A DNA stretch of 64,000 bases, taken from Escherichia coli (GTDB lineage: Bacteria > Pseudomonadota > Gammaproteobacteria > Enterobacterales > Enterobacteriaceae). Shown one piece after another: positions 22,806 to 32,359 of this stretch (the stretch's first letter is position 1; every line of letters begins with the position of its first letter). The notes under the pieces are model-generated. The model made no database searches, was not told the DNA's origin, and saw only the letters and a list, made by a program, of their open reading frames with translations. Position numbers and translations under genes: made by a program. The stretch lies in assembly GCF_003790525.1 (NCBI RefSeq), contig NZ_CP033635.1. One strand, given 5' to 3'.

Positions 22806-23049
22806 TAGCGTTTAATTTAATTCCTCTCAGGATGGGTAATATGAATTTCGAATAGCAGTCATATTTCCTAACTCCTTGTCTATACTCCAGAATATAACCT
22901 TACAGAGGGCATAATGCGCGGTAGCTCACAACCTGATTAAATTTTCTCAGGGGCGAAGGTGTGCCTGCTAGCCGCCGTCTATGGTTAAACAAGGAGATAT
23001 TTTTACGGCACGGCGGCTGAACAATTAATTACGACAGGAGTAAGACCTT

Positions 23050-24195
23050 ATGAGCAAGATTTTTGCCCGCAGCAGCCTGTGTGCGCTCACCATGACAATA
23101 ATGACCGCTCACGCCGCCGAACCGCCTACCAATTTAGATAAACCGGAAGGGCGACTGGATATTATCGCCTGGCCGGGATACATCGAACGCGGACAAACTG
23201 ATAATCAATACGACTGGGTAACGCAATTCGAAAAAGAGACAGGCTGCGCGGTGAATGTGAAAACCGCCGCGACTTCCGATGAAATGGTCAGTCTGATGAC
23301 CAAAGGGGGTTACGATCTGGTTACGGCATCCGGCGATGCCTCGCTGCGCCTGATTATGGGCAAACGCGTGCAGCCGATTAATACCGCATTGATTCCCAAC
23401 TGGAAAGCGCTCGATCCGCGCGTGGTTAAAGGCGACTGGTTTAACGTTGGCGGCAAAGTTTACGGCACACCTTACCAATGGGGGCCGAACCTGCTGATGT
23501 ACAACACTAAAACCTTCCCGACGCCGCCGAATAGCTGGCAAGTGGTTTTTGTTGAGCAGAATCTGCCGGACGGCAAGAGCAATAAAGGCCGCGTTCAGGC
23601 TTATGATGGCCCTATCTACATTGCGGACGCTGCGTTGTTCGTTAAAGCCACTCAGCCGCAGTTGGGCATCAGCGATCCGTATCAACTCACCGAAGAACAG
23701 TACCAGGCGGTGCTGAAAGTGCTGCGCGATCAACATAGTTTGATCCATCGCTACTGGCATGACACTACCGTGCAAATGAGCGATTTCAAAAACGAGGGTG
23801 TAGTTGCTTCCAGTGCATGGCCCTATCAGGCCAACGCCCTGAAAGCCGAAGGCCAGCCTGTCGCTACCGTTTTCCCGAAAGAGGGCGTTACCGGTTGGGC
23901 TGACACCACCATGCTACATAGCGAAGCGAAACATCCGGTTTGCGCCTACAAATGGATGAACTGGTCATTAACCCCAAAAGTGCAGGGCGATGTGGCGGCC
24001 TGGTTTGGCTCGCTACCAGTAGTGCCGCAAGGGTGTAAAGCCAGTCCGTTATTAGGCGAGAAAGGTTGTGAAACAAACGGTTTTAACTATTTCGATAAAA
24101 TCGCCTTCTGGAAAACGCCTATAGCAGAAGGGGGCAAGTTTGTTCCCTACAGTCGCTGGACGCAGGATTACATTGCCATTATGGGTGGTCGCTAA
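23050..24195 (+). CDS. ydcS: ABC transporter periplasmic binding protein (polyamine type)
   Basis: 381-aa ORF with signal peptide, PotD/PotF-like; first gene of ydcSTUV-patD cluster. Confidence 0.9.
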   Translation: MSKIFARSSLCALTMTIMTAHAAEPPTNLDKPEGRLDIIAWPGYIERGQTDNQYDWVTQFEKETGCAVNVKTAATSDEMVSLMTKGGYDLVTASGDASLRLIMGKRVQPINTALIPNWKALDPRVVKGDWFNVGGKVYGTPYQWGPNLLMYNTKTFPTPPNSWQVVFVEQNLPDGKSNKGRVQAYDGPIYIADAALFVKATQPQLGISDPYQLTEEQYQAVLKVLRDQHSLIHRYWHDTTVQMSDFKNEGVVASSAWPYQANALKAEGQPVATVFPKEGVTGWADTTMLHSEAKHPVCAYKWMNWSLTPKVQGDVAAWFGSLPVVPQGCKASPLLGEKGCETNGFNYFDKIAFWKTPIAEGGKFVPYSRWTQDYIAIMGGR

Positions 24196-24212
24196 CTTCG
24201 CTGGGGTGTTTT

Positions 24213-25226
24213 ATGACGTACGCAGTGGAGTTTGACAACGTCTCACGGTTGTACGGTGACGTGCGCGCAGTAGATGGCGTCAGTATTGCGATAAAAGATG
24301 GTGAGTTCTTCTCTATGCTGGGGCCGTCCGGTTCCGGCAAAACCACCTGCCTGCGCCTGATTGCTGGATTCGAACAACTTTCCGGCGGGGCTATCTCTAT
24401 CTTTGGTAAACCCGCCAGCAATCTGCCACCGTGGGAGCGGGACGTGAATACTGTCTTCCAGGACTACGCGCTATTTCCGCATATGTCGATTCTTGACAAC
24501 GTCGCCTACGGGCTGATGGTCAAAGGCGTGGATAAAAAACAGCGGCATGCGATGGCGCAAGAGGCGCTGGAGAAAGTGGCGCTGGGTTTTGTTCAGCAAC
24601 GTAAACCGTCACAACTTTCTGGTGGTCAGCGCCAGCGGGTTGCTATCGCCAGAGCACTGGTGAATGAACCGCGCGTATTGCTGTTGGATGAACCGCTCGG
24701 CGCACTGGATCTCAAATTGCGTGAGCAGATGCAGCTGGAACTGAAAAAACTGCAACAGTCTCTCGGTATCACTTTTATCTTCGTTACCCACGATCAGGGC
24801 GAAGCGTTATCGATGTCCGATCGTGTGGCGGTTTTCAATAATGGACGCATTGAGCAGGTCGATTCCCCGCGCGATCTCTATATGCGCCCGCGCACGCCGT
24901 TTGTTGCCGGGTTCGTTGGTACATCGAATGTTTTTGATGGACTGATGGCAGAGAAACTTTGTGGCATGACGGGAAGCTTCGCCCTGCGACCGGAACATAT
25001 CCGCCTCAACACCCCTGGTGAACTGCAGGCCAATGGCACGATCCAGGCGGTGCAATATCAGGGCGCGGCAACTCGTTTTGAACTGAAATTGAACGGCGGT
25101 GAAAAACTGCTTGTGAGTCAGGCCAATATGACAGGCGAAGAACTGCCTGCCACGCTCACGCCCGGACAACAGGTGATGGTTTCCTGGTCGCGTGATGTGA
25201 TGGTGCCGCTGGTTGAGGAGAGGTGA
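24213..25226 (+). CDS. ydcT: ABC transporter ATP-binding protein
   Basis: 337-aa ORF with Walker A GPSGSGKTT, ABC signature LSGGQRQR, Walker B LLLDEP. Confidence 0.92.
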   Translation: MTYAVEFDNVSRLYGDVRAVDGVSIAIKDGEFFSMLGPSGSGKTTCLRLIAGFEQLSGGAISIFGKPASNLPPWERDVNTVFQDYALFPHMSILDNVAYGLMVKGVDKKQRHAMAQEALEKVALGFVQQRKPSQLSGGQRQRVAIARALVNEPRVLLLDEPLGALDLKLREQMQLELKKLQQSLGITFIFVTHDQGEALSMSDRVAVFNNGRIEQVDSPRDLYMRPRTPFVAGFVGTSNVFDGLMAEKLCGMTGSFALRPEHIRLNTPGELQANGTIQAVQYQGAATRFELKLNGGEKLLVSQANMTGEELPATLTPGQQVMVSWSRDVMVPLVEER

Positions 25227-26168
25227 ATGGCGATGAATGTATTGCAATCACCTTCACGTCCAGGTCTGGGTAAGGTGTCCTGTTTCTTCTGGCGTAATCC
25301 GGGGCTGGGGCTGTTTTTACTGCTGCTTGGCCCGCTAATGTGGTTTGGCATTGTCTATTTCGGCTCGCTGCTGACGCTGTTATGGCAGGGCTTTTATACC
25401 TTTGACGATTTCACCATGTCGGTAACGCCGGAACTGACGCTGGCGAATATCCGTGCGCTGTTTAATCCGGCGAATTACGACATCATTCTCCGCACGCTGA
25501 CTATGGCTGTGGCAGTCACTATCGCCAGCGCCATTCTGGCTTTTCCAATGGCGTGGTATATGGCGCGCTATACCAGCGGGAAAATGAAAGCGTTTTTTTA
25601 TATTGCGGTAATGTTGCCGATGTGGGCGAGCTACATTGTTAAAGCCTATGCCTGGACGTTATTGCTGGCAAAAGATGGCGTGGCTCAGTGGTTTTTACAA
25701 CATCTTGGGCTGGAACCACTGCTGACTGCGTTCCTTACATTACCTGCGGTGGGCGGCAATACGCTGTCAACTTCCGGGCTGGGGCGCTTTCTGGTGTTTC
25801 TCTATATCTGGCTGCCGTTCATGATCCTCCCGGTGCAGGCGGCGCTTGAGCGTTTGCCGCCGTCATTGTTGCAGGCGTCAGCTGATCTCGGCGCACGTCC
25901 ACGACAAACCTTTCGCTATGTGGTGCTGCCGCTGGCGATCCCGGGTATTGCCGCTGGCTCTATCTTTACCTTCTCACTCACACTGGGCGATTTTATCGTC
26001 CCGCAGCTGGTTGGCCCGCCAGGATATTTTATCGGCAATATGGTTTATTCCCAGCAGGGGGCGATTGGCAATATGCCGATGGCGGCGGCATTCACCCTGG
26101 TGCCGATTGTTCTCATCGCACTGTACCTGGCGTTCGTGAAACGTCTGGGAGCGTTCGATGCACTCTGA
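25227..26168 (+). CDS. ydcU: ABC transporter permease
   Basis: 313-aa multi-TM ORF starting directly after the ydcT stop. Confidence 0.9.
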   Translation: MAMNVLQSPSRPGLGKVSCFFWRNPGLGLFLLLLGPLMWFGIVYFGSLLTLLWQGFYTFDDFTMSVTPELTLANIRALFNPANYDIILRTLTMAVAVTIASAILAFPMAWYMARYTSGKMKAFFYIAVMLPMWASYIVKAYAWTLLLAKDGVAQWFLQHLGLEPLLTAFLTLPAVGGNTLSTSGLGRFLVFLYIWLPFMILPVQAALERLPPSLLQASADLGARPRQTFRYVVLPLAIPGIAAGSIFTFSLTLGDFIVPQLVGPPGYFIGNMVYSQQGAIGNMPMAAAFTLVPIVLIALYLAFVKRLGAFDAL

Positions 26169-26952
26169 ACGCGCACCGTTTTTCCTTAAACTGGCGGCCT
26201 GGGGCGGCGTGGTTTTCCTACATTTTCCCATCCTGATTATCGCCGCTTATGCGTTTAACACTGAAGATGCGGCGTTTAGTTTTCCACCGCAAGGCCTGAC
26301 GTTGCGCTGGTTTAGCGTGGCAGCACAGCGTAGTGACATTCTTGATGCCGTGACACTGTCACTTAAGGTGGCGACGCTGGCGACATTAATCGCGCTGGTG
26401 TTAGGGACGCTGGCTGCTGCCGCACTATGGCGACGAGACTTTTTCGGTAAAAACGCCATTTCGTTGTTACTGCTGCTGCCCATTGCGCTGCCGGGCATTG
26501 TCACTGGTCTGGCGCTATTAACCGCTTTTAAAACCATCAATCTGGATCCGGGATTTTTCACCATCGTGGTCGGTCATGCGACTTTTTGCGTAGTGGTGGT
26601 GTTTAACAATGTCATCGCCCGTTTTCGCCGCACCTCGTGGAGTCTGGTTGAGGCGTCAATGGATCTTGGGGCTAATGGGTGGCAAACCTTCCGCTACGTA
26701 GTGTTGCCGAATCTCAGTTCGGCGCTACTGGCAGGAGGAATGCTGGCATTTGCCTTGTCGTTCGATGAAATCATCGTGACGACCTTTACGGCAGGTCATG
26801 AACGAACGTTACCGTTGTGGTTGCTCAATCAGCTTGGGCGACCGCGTGATGTACCGGTAACCAACGTGGTGGCACTGCTGGTTATGTTGGTAACAACCTT
26901 GCCGATCCTGGGGGCCTGGTGGCTAACCCGCGAAGGCGACAATGGTCAATAA
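26158..26952 (+). CDS. ydcV: ABC transporter permease
   Basis: 264-aa multi-TM ORF overlapping the ydcU stop by 11 bp. Confidence 0.9.
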   Translation: MHSERAPFFLKLAAWGGVVFLHFPILIIAAYAFNTEDAAFSFPPQGLTLRWFSVAAQRSDILDAVTLSLKVATLATLIALVLGTLAAAALWRRDFFGKNAISLLLLLPIALPGIVTGLALLTAFKTINLDPGFFTIVVGHATFCVVVVFNNVIARFRRTSWSLVEASMDLGANGWQTFRYVVLPNLSSALLAGGMLAFALSFDEIIVTTFTAGHERTLPLWLLNQLGRPRDVPVTNVVALLVMLVTTLPILGAWWLTREGDNGQ

Positions 26953-26973
26953 CCACTGATACAGGAATATGCT

Positions 26974-28398
26974 ATGCAACATAAGTTACTGATTAACGGA
27001 GAACTGGTTAGCGGCGAAGGGGAAAAACAGCCTGTCTATAATCCGGCAACGGGGGACGTTTTACTGGAGATTGCCGAGGCATCCGCAGAACAGGTGGATG
27101 CTGCTGTTCGCGCGGCAGATGCAGCATTTGCCGAATGGGGGCAAACCACGCCAAAAGCGCGTGCGGAATGCCTGCTGAAACTGGCGGATGTTATCGAAGA
27201 AAATGGTCAGGTTTTTGCCGAACTGGAATCCCGTAATTGTGGCAAACCGCTGCATAGTGCGTTCAATGATGAAATTCCGGCGATTGTCGATGTTTTTCGC
27301 TTTTTCGCGGGTGCGGCGCGCTGTCTGAATGGTCTGGCGGCAGGTGAATATCTTGAAGGTCATACTTCGATGATCCGTCGCGATCCGTTGGGGGTTGTGG
27401 CTTCTATCGCACCGTGGAATTATCCGCTGATGATGGCAGCGTGGAAACTGGCTCCGGCGCTGGCGGCAGGGAACTGCGTAGTGCTTAAACCATCAGAAAT
27501 TACCCCGCTGACCGCGTTGAAGTTGGCTGAGCTGGCGAAAGATATCTTCCCGGCAGGCGTGATTAACGTACTGTTTGGCAGAGGCAAAACGGTGGGCGAT
27601 CCGCTGACCGGACATCCCAAAGTGCGGATGGTGTCGTTGACGGGCTCTATCGCCACCGGCGAGCACATCATCAGCCATACCGCGCCGTCCATTAAGCGTA
27701 CTCATATGGAACTTGGTGGTAAAGCGCCAGTGATTGTTTTTGATGATGCGGATATTGAAGCAGTGGTCGAAGGTGTACGTACTTTTGGCTATTACAATGC
27801 TGGACAGGATTGTACTGCGGCTTGTCGGATCTACGCGCAAAAAGGCATTTACGATACGCTGGTGGAAAAACTCGGTGCTGCGGTGGCAACGTTAAAATCT
27901 GGTGCACCGGATGACGACTCTACGGAGCTTGGACCTTTAAGCTCGCTGGCGCATCTCGAACGCGTCAGCAAGGCGGTAGAAGAGGCGAAAGCGACAGGGC
28001 ACATCAAAGTGATCACTGGCGGTGAAAAGCGCAAGGGTAATGGCTATTACTATGCGCCGACGCTGCTGGCTGGCGCATTACAGGACGATGCCATCGTGCA
28101 AAAAGAGGTATTTGGTCCGGTAGTGAGTGTTACGCTCTTCGACAACGAAGAACAGGTGGTGAACTGGGCAAATGACAGCCAGTACGGACTTGCATCCTCG
28201 GTATGGACGAAAGATGTGGGCAGGGCGCATCGCGTCAGCGCGCGGCTGCAATATGGTTGTACCTGGGTCAATACCCATTTCATGCTGGTAAGTGAAATGC
28301 CGCACGGTGGGCAGAAACTTTCTGGTTACGGCAAGGATATGTCACTTTATGGGCTGGAGGATTACACCGTCGTCCGCCACGTCATGGTTAAACATTAA
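26974..28398 (+). CDS. patD: Gamma-aminobutyraldehyde dehydrogenase
   Basis: 474-aa aldehyde dehydrogenase (ELGGKAP, catalytic Cys in GQDCTAA context). Confidence 0.92.
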   Translation: MQHKLLINGELVSGEGEKQPVYNPATGDVLLEIAEASAEQVDAAVRAADAAFAEWGQTTPKARAECLLKLADVIEENGQVFAELESRNCGKPLHSAFNDEIPAIVDVFRFFAGAARCLNGLAAGEYLEGHTSMIRRDPLGVVASIAPWNYPLMMAAWKLAPALAAGNCVVLKPSEITPLTALKLAELAKDIFPAGVINVLFGRGKTVGDPLTGHPKVRMVSLTGSIATGEHIISHTAPSIKRTHMELGGKAPVIVFDDADIEAVVEGVRTFGYYNAGQDCTAACRIYAQKGIYDTLVEKLGAAVATLKSGAPDDDSTELGPLSSLAHLERVSKAVEEAKATGHIKVITGGEKRKGNGYYYAPTLLAGALQDDAIVQKEVFGPVVSVTLFDNEEQVVNWANDSQYGLASSVWTKDVGRAHRVSARLQYGCTWVNTHFMLVSEMPHGGQKLSGYGKDMSLYGLEDYTVVRHVMVKH

Positions 28399-28438
28399 GG
28401 ATAATATTGCAGATCGTAATAGTATGAGATGATCTTGC

Positions 28439-28471
28439 GTACTGTCAGAGCACTGATTTCTCTGACAGTAC
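28439..28471. terminator. Perfect hairpin (gtactgtcagag-N9-ctctgacagtac) between convergent patD and yncL
   Basis: 12-bp perfect inverted repeat; no U-tract on either strand, so terminator function is uncertain. Confidence 0.35.
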
Positions 28472-28494
28472 GTGCTGCGTGCAAAATCACTACA

Positions 28495-28590
28495 TCAAAT
28501 AAACCAGCCAAATCTCATAGAGATAAGAGTAAATAAACCAACAGCAGCAAAGACATTTATCAGTACTACAGTTCTACTGGAAACATTCAT
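28495..28590 (-). CDS. yncL: Small membrane protein YncL (31 aa)
   Basis: Minus-strand frame MNVSSRTVVLINVFAAVGLFTLISMRFGWFI*, single TM; below ORF-track cutoff. Confidence 0.75.
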   Translation of the reverse strand: MNVSSRTVVLINVFAAVGLFTLISMRFGWFI

Positions 28591-28784
28591 TTTTGCCACC
28601 TTTTATCATTGCCCCTATGTGTATAGTACGGGTTCAGAAAATCCGCAATAATACTCATTCTGAAGATGGATAAGGGCAAGTTGCTGTTAGATGATTTTTT
28701 CTCAAACGGGTGAAAAAACTTGATGCACGTCAAAAAATGACGCATATTTGCGCGCGTTTTATTCATCTGGCTGGACGCCCGTAC

Positions 28785-28958
28785 ATGTCTCTCTATCAAC
28801 ACATGCTTGTTTTTTATGCGGTTATGGCAGCAATCGCATTTCTTATCACCTGGTTTCTTTCTCACGATAAGAAACGCATCCGTTTCTTAAGCGCCTTTCT
28901 GGTGGGGGCAACATGGCCGATGAGTTTCCCGGTGGCGCTGTTGTTTTCACTGTTTTAA
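28785..28958 (+). CDS. ortT: Orphan toxin OrtT (YdcX; 57-aa membrane peptide)
   Basis: Internal start of ORF 28710..28958: MSLYQHMLVFYAVMAAIAFLITWFLSHDKKRIRFLSAFLVGATWPMSFPVALLFSLF. Confidence 0.8.
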   Translation: MSLYQHMLVFYAVMAAIAFLITWFLSHDKKRIRFLSAFLVGATWPMSFPVALLFSLF

Positions 28959-29043
28959 ATCTTACTCACTGGCTTGACGGCACCACGCAGACTTATATCA
29001 TTTGGATGAATCGATAAATTTCACAAGTGGCTAAGGAGAAAGT

Positions 29044-29277
29044 ATGTCGCATCTGGATGAAGTCATCGCGCGCGTGGATGCCGCGATTGAAGAGAGCGTC
29101 ATTGCCCATATGAACGAATTATTAATCGCCCTGAGCGATGACGCGGAGTTAAGTCGGGAAGATCGCTACACCCAGCAGCAGCGTTTGCGCACAGCGATCG
29201 CCCATCACGGTCGCAAGCATAAAGAAGATATGGAAGCGCGCCATGAACAGTTAACCAAAGGCGGCACCATCCTGTGA
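29044..29277 (+). CDS. ydcY: Small protein YdcY (DUF2526)
   Basis: 77-aa ORF at the conserved position. Confidence 0.85.
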   Translation: MSHLDEVIARVDAAIEESVIAHMNELLIALSDDAELSREDRYTQQQRLRTAIAHHGRKHKEDMEARHEQLTKGGTIL

Positions 29278-29727
29278 TTAAAATGAGCGTCTGGCTACCA
29301 ACCAGGCGCCAACCACAAGTAAAATTGCGCCACAAATTGGGCCGAACAACGCCCGTAGTGGTACGCCATGACTGCGGAAGATATCCAGAACCAGACCGCC
29401 AATCAGCTGGCTGGCGACCAGTACTGCAATAGTTGTCGCCGCTCCCACATTCTGATATCCGCTGATACTGGCGAAGACAAAAAACGATCCCAGCAAGCCA
29501 GGTATAAGTGTCCACCAGCGCACGCTGGACACCAGTTCGCCAAACCCCGCCATACCTTGTTTAAACCATAAAATAGAAACAAAGAGCACAATCCCCACCA
29601 GTGAGTTCAGCAACATGGCGATGAGAATGGTAGAGGAGGTCTGGGTGATGCGCACCATCAGCGTGTTTTGCACCACCAGACCAATTCCGGCGGCAATCAA
29701 AAAGGCAAGGGTGAGCGACTGATTCAT
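29278..29727 (-). CDS. ydcZ: Inner-membrane protein YdcZ (DMT-like, DUF606)
   Basis: 149-aa 4-5 TM ORF; overlaps the mnaT stop by 4 bp. Confidence 0.85.
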   Translation of the reverse strand: MNQSLTLAFLIAAGIGLVVQNTLMVRITQTSSTILIAMLLNSLVGIVLFVSILWFKQGMAGFGELVSSVRWWTLIPGLLGSFFVFASISGYQNVGAATTIAVLVASQLIGGLVLDIFRSHGVPLRALFGPICGAILLVVGAWLVARRSF

Positions 29728-30242
29728 CCAATCGCGTCCGGTTCACTGCGTTCGTCGAGTTGCAACTGCATAAATGTCAGATCCAGCCAGCGCCCAAATT
29801 TAGTGCCCACCTGCGGCATTTGCGCGGTGACGACAAATCCCAGCGACTGGTGCAGATGCAAAGACGCCTGATTTTGCGATTCGATCCCGGCGACCATGAC
29901 ATGCTTCCCGCAATCCCTCGCTTCATCAATCAATCGGCTTAACAATTTACGCCCAAGACCTTTGCCCTGATGATCGGGATGGACATAAATCGAATGTTCC
30001 ACGGTATGGCGAAAACCATCGAAACTACGCCAGTCGCCAAACGAGGCATATCCCGTCACTACGCCATCTTGTTCACTCACCAGCACCGGATAACCAGCTA
30101 AAGTCCGCGCTTCAAACCAGGCAATGCGATTATCTGCATCCACCGTTTGGTCATTCCAGATAGCCGCCGTATACAACACGGCGTGGTTATAAATTTCCGC
30201 AATGGCAGCACAGTCGGCTTTGCGGGCAAAACGGATGGACAT
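29724..30242 (-). CDS. mnaT: L-amino acid N-acyltransferase MnaT (GNAT)
   Basis: ORF 29724..30476; start chosen at MSIRFARKADCAAIAEIYNHAV (172 aa). Confidence 0.88.
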   Translation of the reverse strand: MSIRFARKADCAAIAEIYNHAVLYTAAIWNDQTVDADNRIAWFEARTLAGYPVLVSEQDGVVTGYASFGDWRSFDGFRHTVEHSIYVHPDHQGKGLGRKLLSRLIDEARDCGKHVMVAGIESQNQASLHLHQSLGFVVTAQMPQVGTKFGRWLDLTFMQLQLDERSEPDAIG

Positions 30243-30422
30243 GTCTGGCCTCGATAAAATAATGATGATGATGTTATCAATACTATCGAAAACAGCCCGA
30301 AGCAACGGATTCCTCGATGAAATTATTGCGTGTTGCAGAGGGGATGTGACGGCTGCAAACAAAACCAATCCCGTGAGCCTGCTACTATTGATGGATTCAT
30401 GCCAAAAGCACAGGAGAGCACT

Positions 30423-31460
30423 ATGGGGCAACAAAAGCAGCGTAACCGCCGTTGGGTTCTGGCCTCGCGTCCGCATGGCGCGCCGGTTCCGGAGAATTTC
30501 CGTCTTGAAGAAGATGATGTCGCCACACCGGGTGAAGGTCAGGTGTTACTGCGCACAGTTTATTTGTCACTGGACCCGTATATGCGTGGACGTATGAGCG
30601 ATGAGCCATCTTATTCACCGCCGGTTGATATTGGCGGCGTGATGGTCGGCGGTACGGTGAGCCGTGTCGTGGAGTCGAATCATCCTGATTATCAGCCTGG
30701 CGACTGGGTGCTGGGCTACAGTGGATGGCAGGACTATGACATATCCAGTGGTGATGATCTGGTGAAACTTGGCGATCATCCGCAAAATCCATCGTGGTCG
30801 CTGGGTGTGCTGGGGATGCCAGGCTTTACCGCTTATATGGGGCTGCTGGATATCGGTCAGCCTAAAGAGGGCGAAACGCTGGTGGTAGCTGCGGCGACAG
30901 GACCAGTGGGGGCGACGGTGGGGCAAATCGGCAAACTTAAAGGTTGCAGGGTGGTGGGGGTTGCCGGTGGCGCGGAAAAATGCCGCCATGCCACCGAAGT
31001 GCTGGGTTTTGATGTTTGCCTTGACCATCACGCGGATGATTTTGCCGAACAACTGGCGAAAGCGTGCCCAAAAGGTATTGATATCTATTATGAAAACGTT
31101 GGTGGTAAGGTATTTGATGCGGTGCTACCGTTACTCAATACATCTGCGCGCATTCCCGTCTGCGGCTTAGTGAGCAGCTATAACGCTACAGAGCTACCAC
31201 CCGGTCCGGATCGTTTACCCCTGTTGATGGCTACGGTGCTGAAAAAACGCATTCGATTACAAGGGTTTATTATTGGTCAGGATTATGGTCACCGTATCCA
31301 TGAGTTTCAGCAGGAGATGGGACAATGGGTGAAAGAGGGGAAAATTCACTATCGTGAACAAATTACCAACGGTTTGGAGAACGCCCCACAGACGTTTATT
31401 GGCCTGCTGAACGGCAAAAACTTCGGTAAAGTTGTTATTCGCGTCGCGGATGATGATTAA
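30423..31460 (+). CDS. curA: NADPH-dependent curcumin/dihydrocurcumin reductase (MDR superfamily)
   Basis: ORF 30330..31460; start at MGQQKQRNRRWVLASRPHG with AGGAGA RBS (345 aa). Confidence 0.9.
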   Translation: MGQQKQRNRRWVLASRPHGAPVPENFRLEEDDVATPGEGQVLLRTVYLSLDPYMRGRMSDEPSYSPPVDIGGVMVGGTVSRVVESNHPDYQPGDWVLGYSGWQDYDISSGDDLVKLGDHPQNPSWSLGVLGMPGFTAYMGLLDIGQPKEGETLVVAAATGPVGATVGQIGKLKGCRVVGVAGGAEKCRHATEVLGFDVCLDHHADDFAEQLAKACPKGIDIYYENVGGKVFDAVLPLLNTSARIPVCGLVSSYNATELPPGPDRLPLLMATVLKKRIRLQGFIIGQDYGHRIHEFQQEMGQWVKEGKIHYREQITNGLENAPQTFIGLLNGKNFGKVVIRVADDD

Positions 31461-31658
31461 AGATACGACGGCGGCATAAAGCCGCCATAAAAATCCAGGC
31501 AAAAATCTTTTTTCCAGCTTTAATTAACTTACCACTTCTCTGTTCTGTAGCTAATAACAATAAAGGTGAGTGGATAATGATTATTCAGCTTCATACGCCA
31601 GGTAAACGACTTCTGCTGTGCTGGCAGAGTTGGAACGAAAACACCTGAAGGAAATAAC

Positions 31659-32324
31659 ATGCCTGGAACGGAAAAAATACCGCATATCAGTTTAACTATG
31701 CAGGTTGAGAACGACCTGAAACATCAGCTTAGTATTGGCGCACTAAAACCTGGCGCACGCCTGATTACTAAAAATCTGGCGGAGCAATTAGGTATGAGTA
31801 TTACACCCGTGCGTGAAGCATTATTACGTCTGGTTTCGGTGAATGCGCTTTCTGTCGCACCAGCGCAAGCATTTACAGTTCCGGAAGTGGGGAAATGTCA
31901 ATTAGACGAAATCAATCGGATCCGCTACGAACTGGAATTAATGGCAGTTGCTCTGGCTGTTGAAAACCTCACCCCGCAAGACCTGGCGGAATTCCATGAT
32001 TTACTCGAGAAATTACAGCAGGCGCAAGAAAAGGGCGACATGGAACAAATCATTAATGCGAACAGACTATTTCGCTTAGCGATTTATCATCGCTCAAATA
32101 TGCCCATCCTGTGTGAAATGATTGAGCAACTGTGGGTCAGGATGGGACCTGGTTTACATTATCTCTATGAAACGATTAATCCAGCGGAATTACGGGAGCG
32201 TATAGAAAACTATCATCTATTACTCGCCGCGTTAAAAGCAAAAGACAAAGAGGGATGCAGACATTGTCTTGCTGAAATTATGCAACAAAATATTGCTATT
32301 TTATATCAGCAATACAATCGTTAA
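31659..32324 (+). CDS. mcbR: GntR/FadR-family transcriptional regulator
   Basis: 221-aa ORF with N-terminal GntR HTH (ITKNLAEQLGMSITPVREALLRL) and FCD domain. Confidence 0.88.
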   Translation: MPGTEKIPHISLTMQVENDLKHQLSIGALKPGARLITKNLAEQLGMSITPVREALLRLVSVNALSVAPAQAFTVPEVGKCQLDEINRIRYELELMAVALAVENLTPQDLAEFHDLLEKLQQAQEKGDMEQIINANRLFRLAIYHRSNMPILCEMIEQLWVRMGPGLHYLYETINPAELRERIENYHLLLAALKAKDKEGCRHCLAEIMQQNIAILYQQYNR

Positions 32325-32359
32325 AGTAAATGCCCGGCAAATACCGGGCATCAAGGTAA

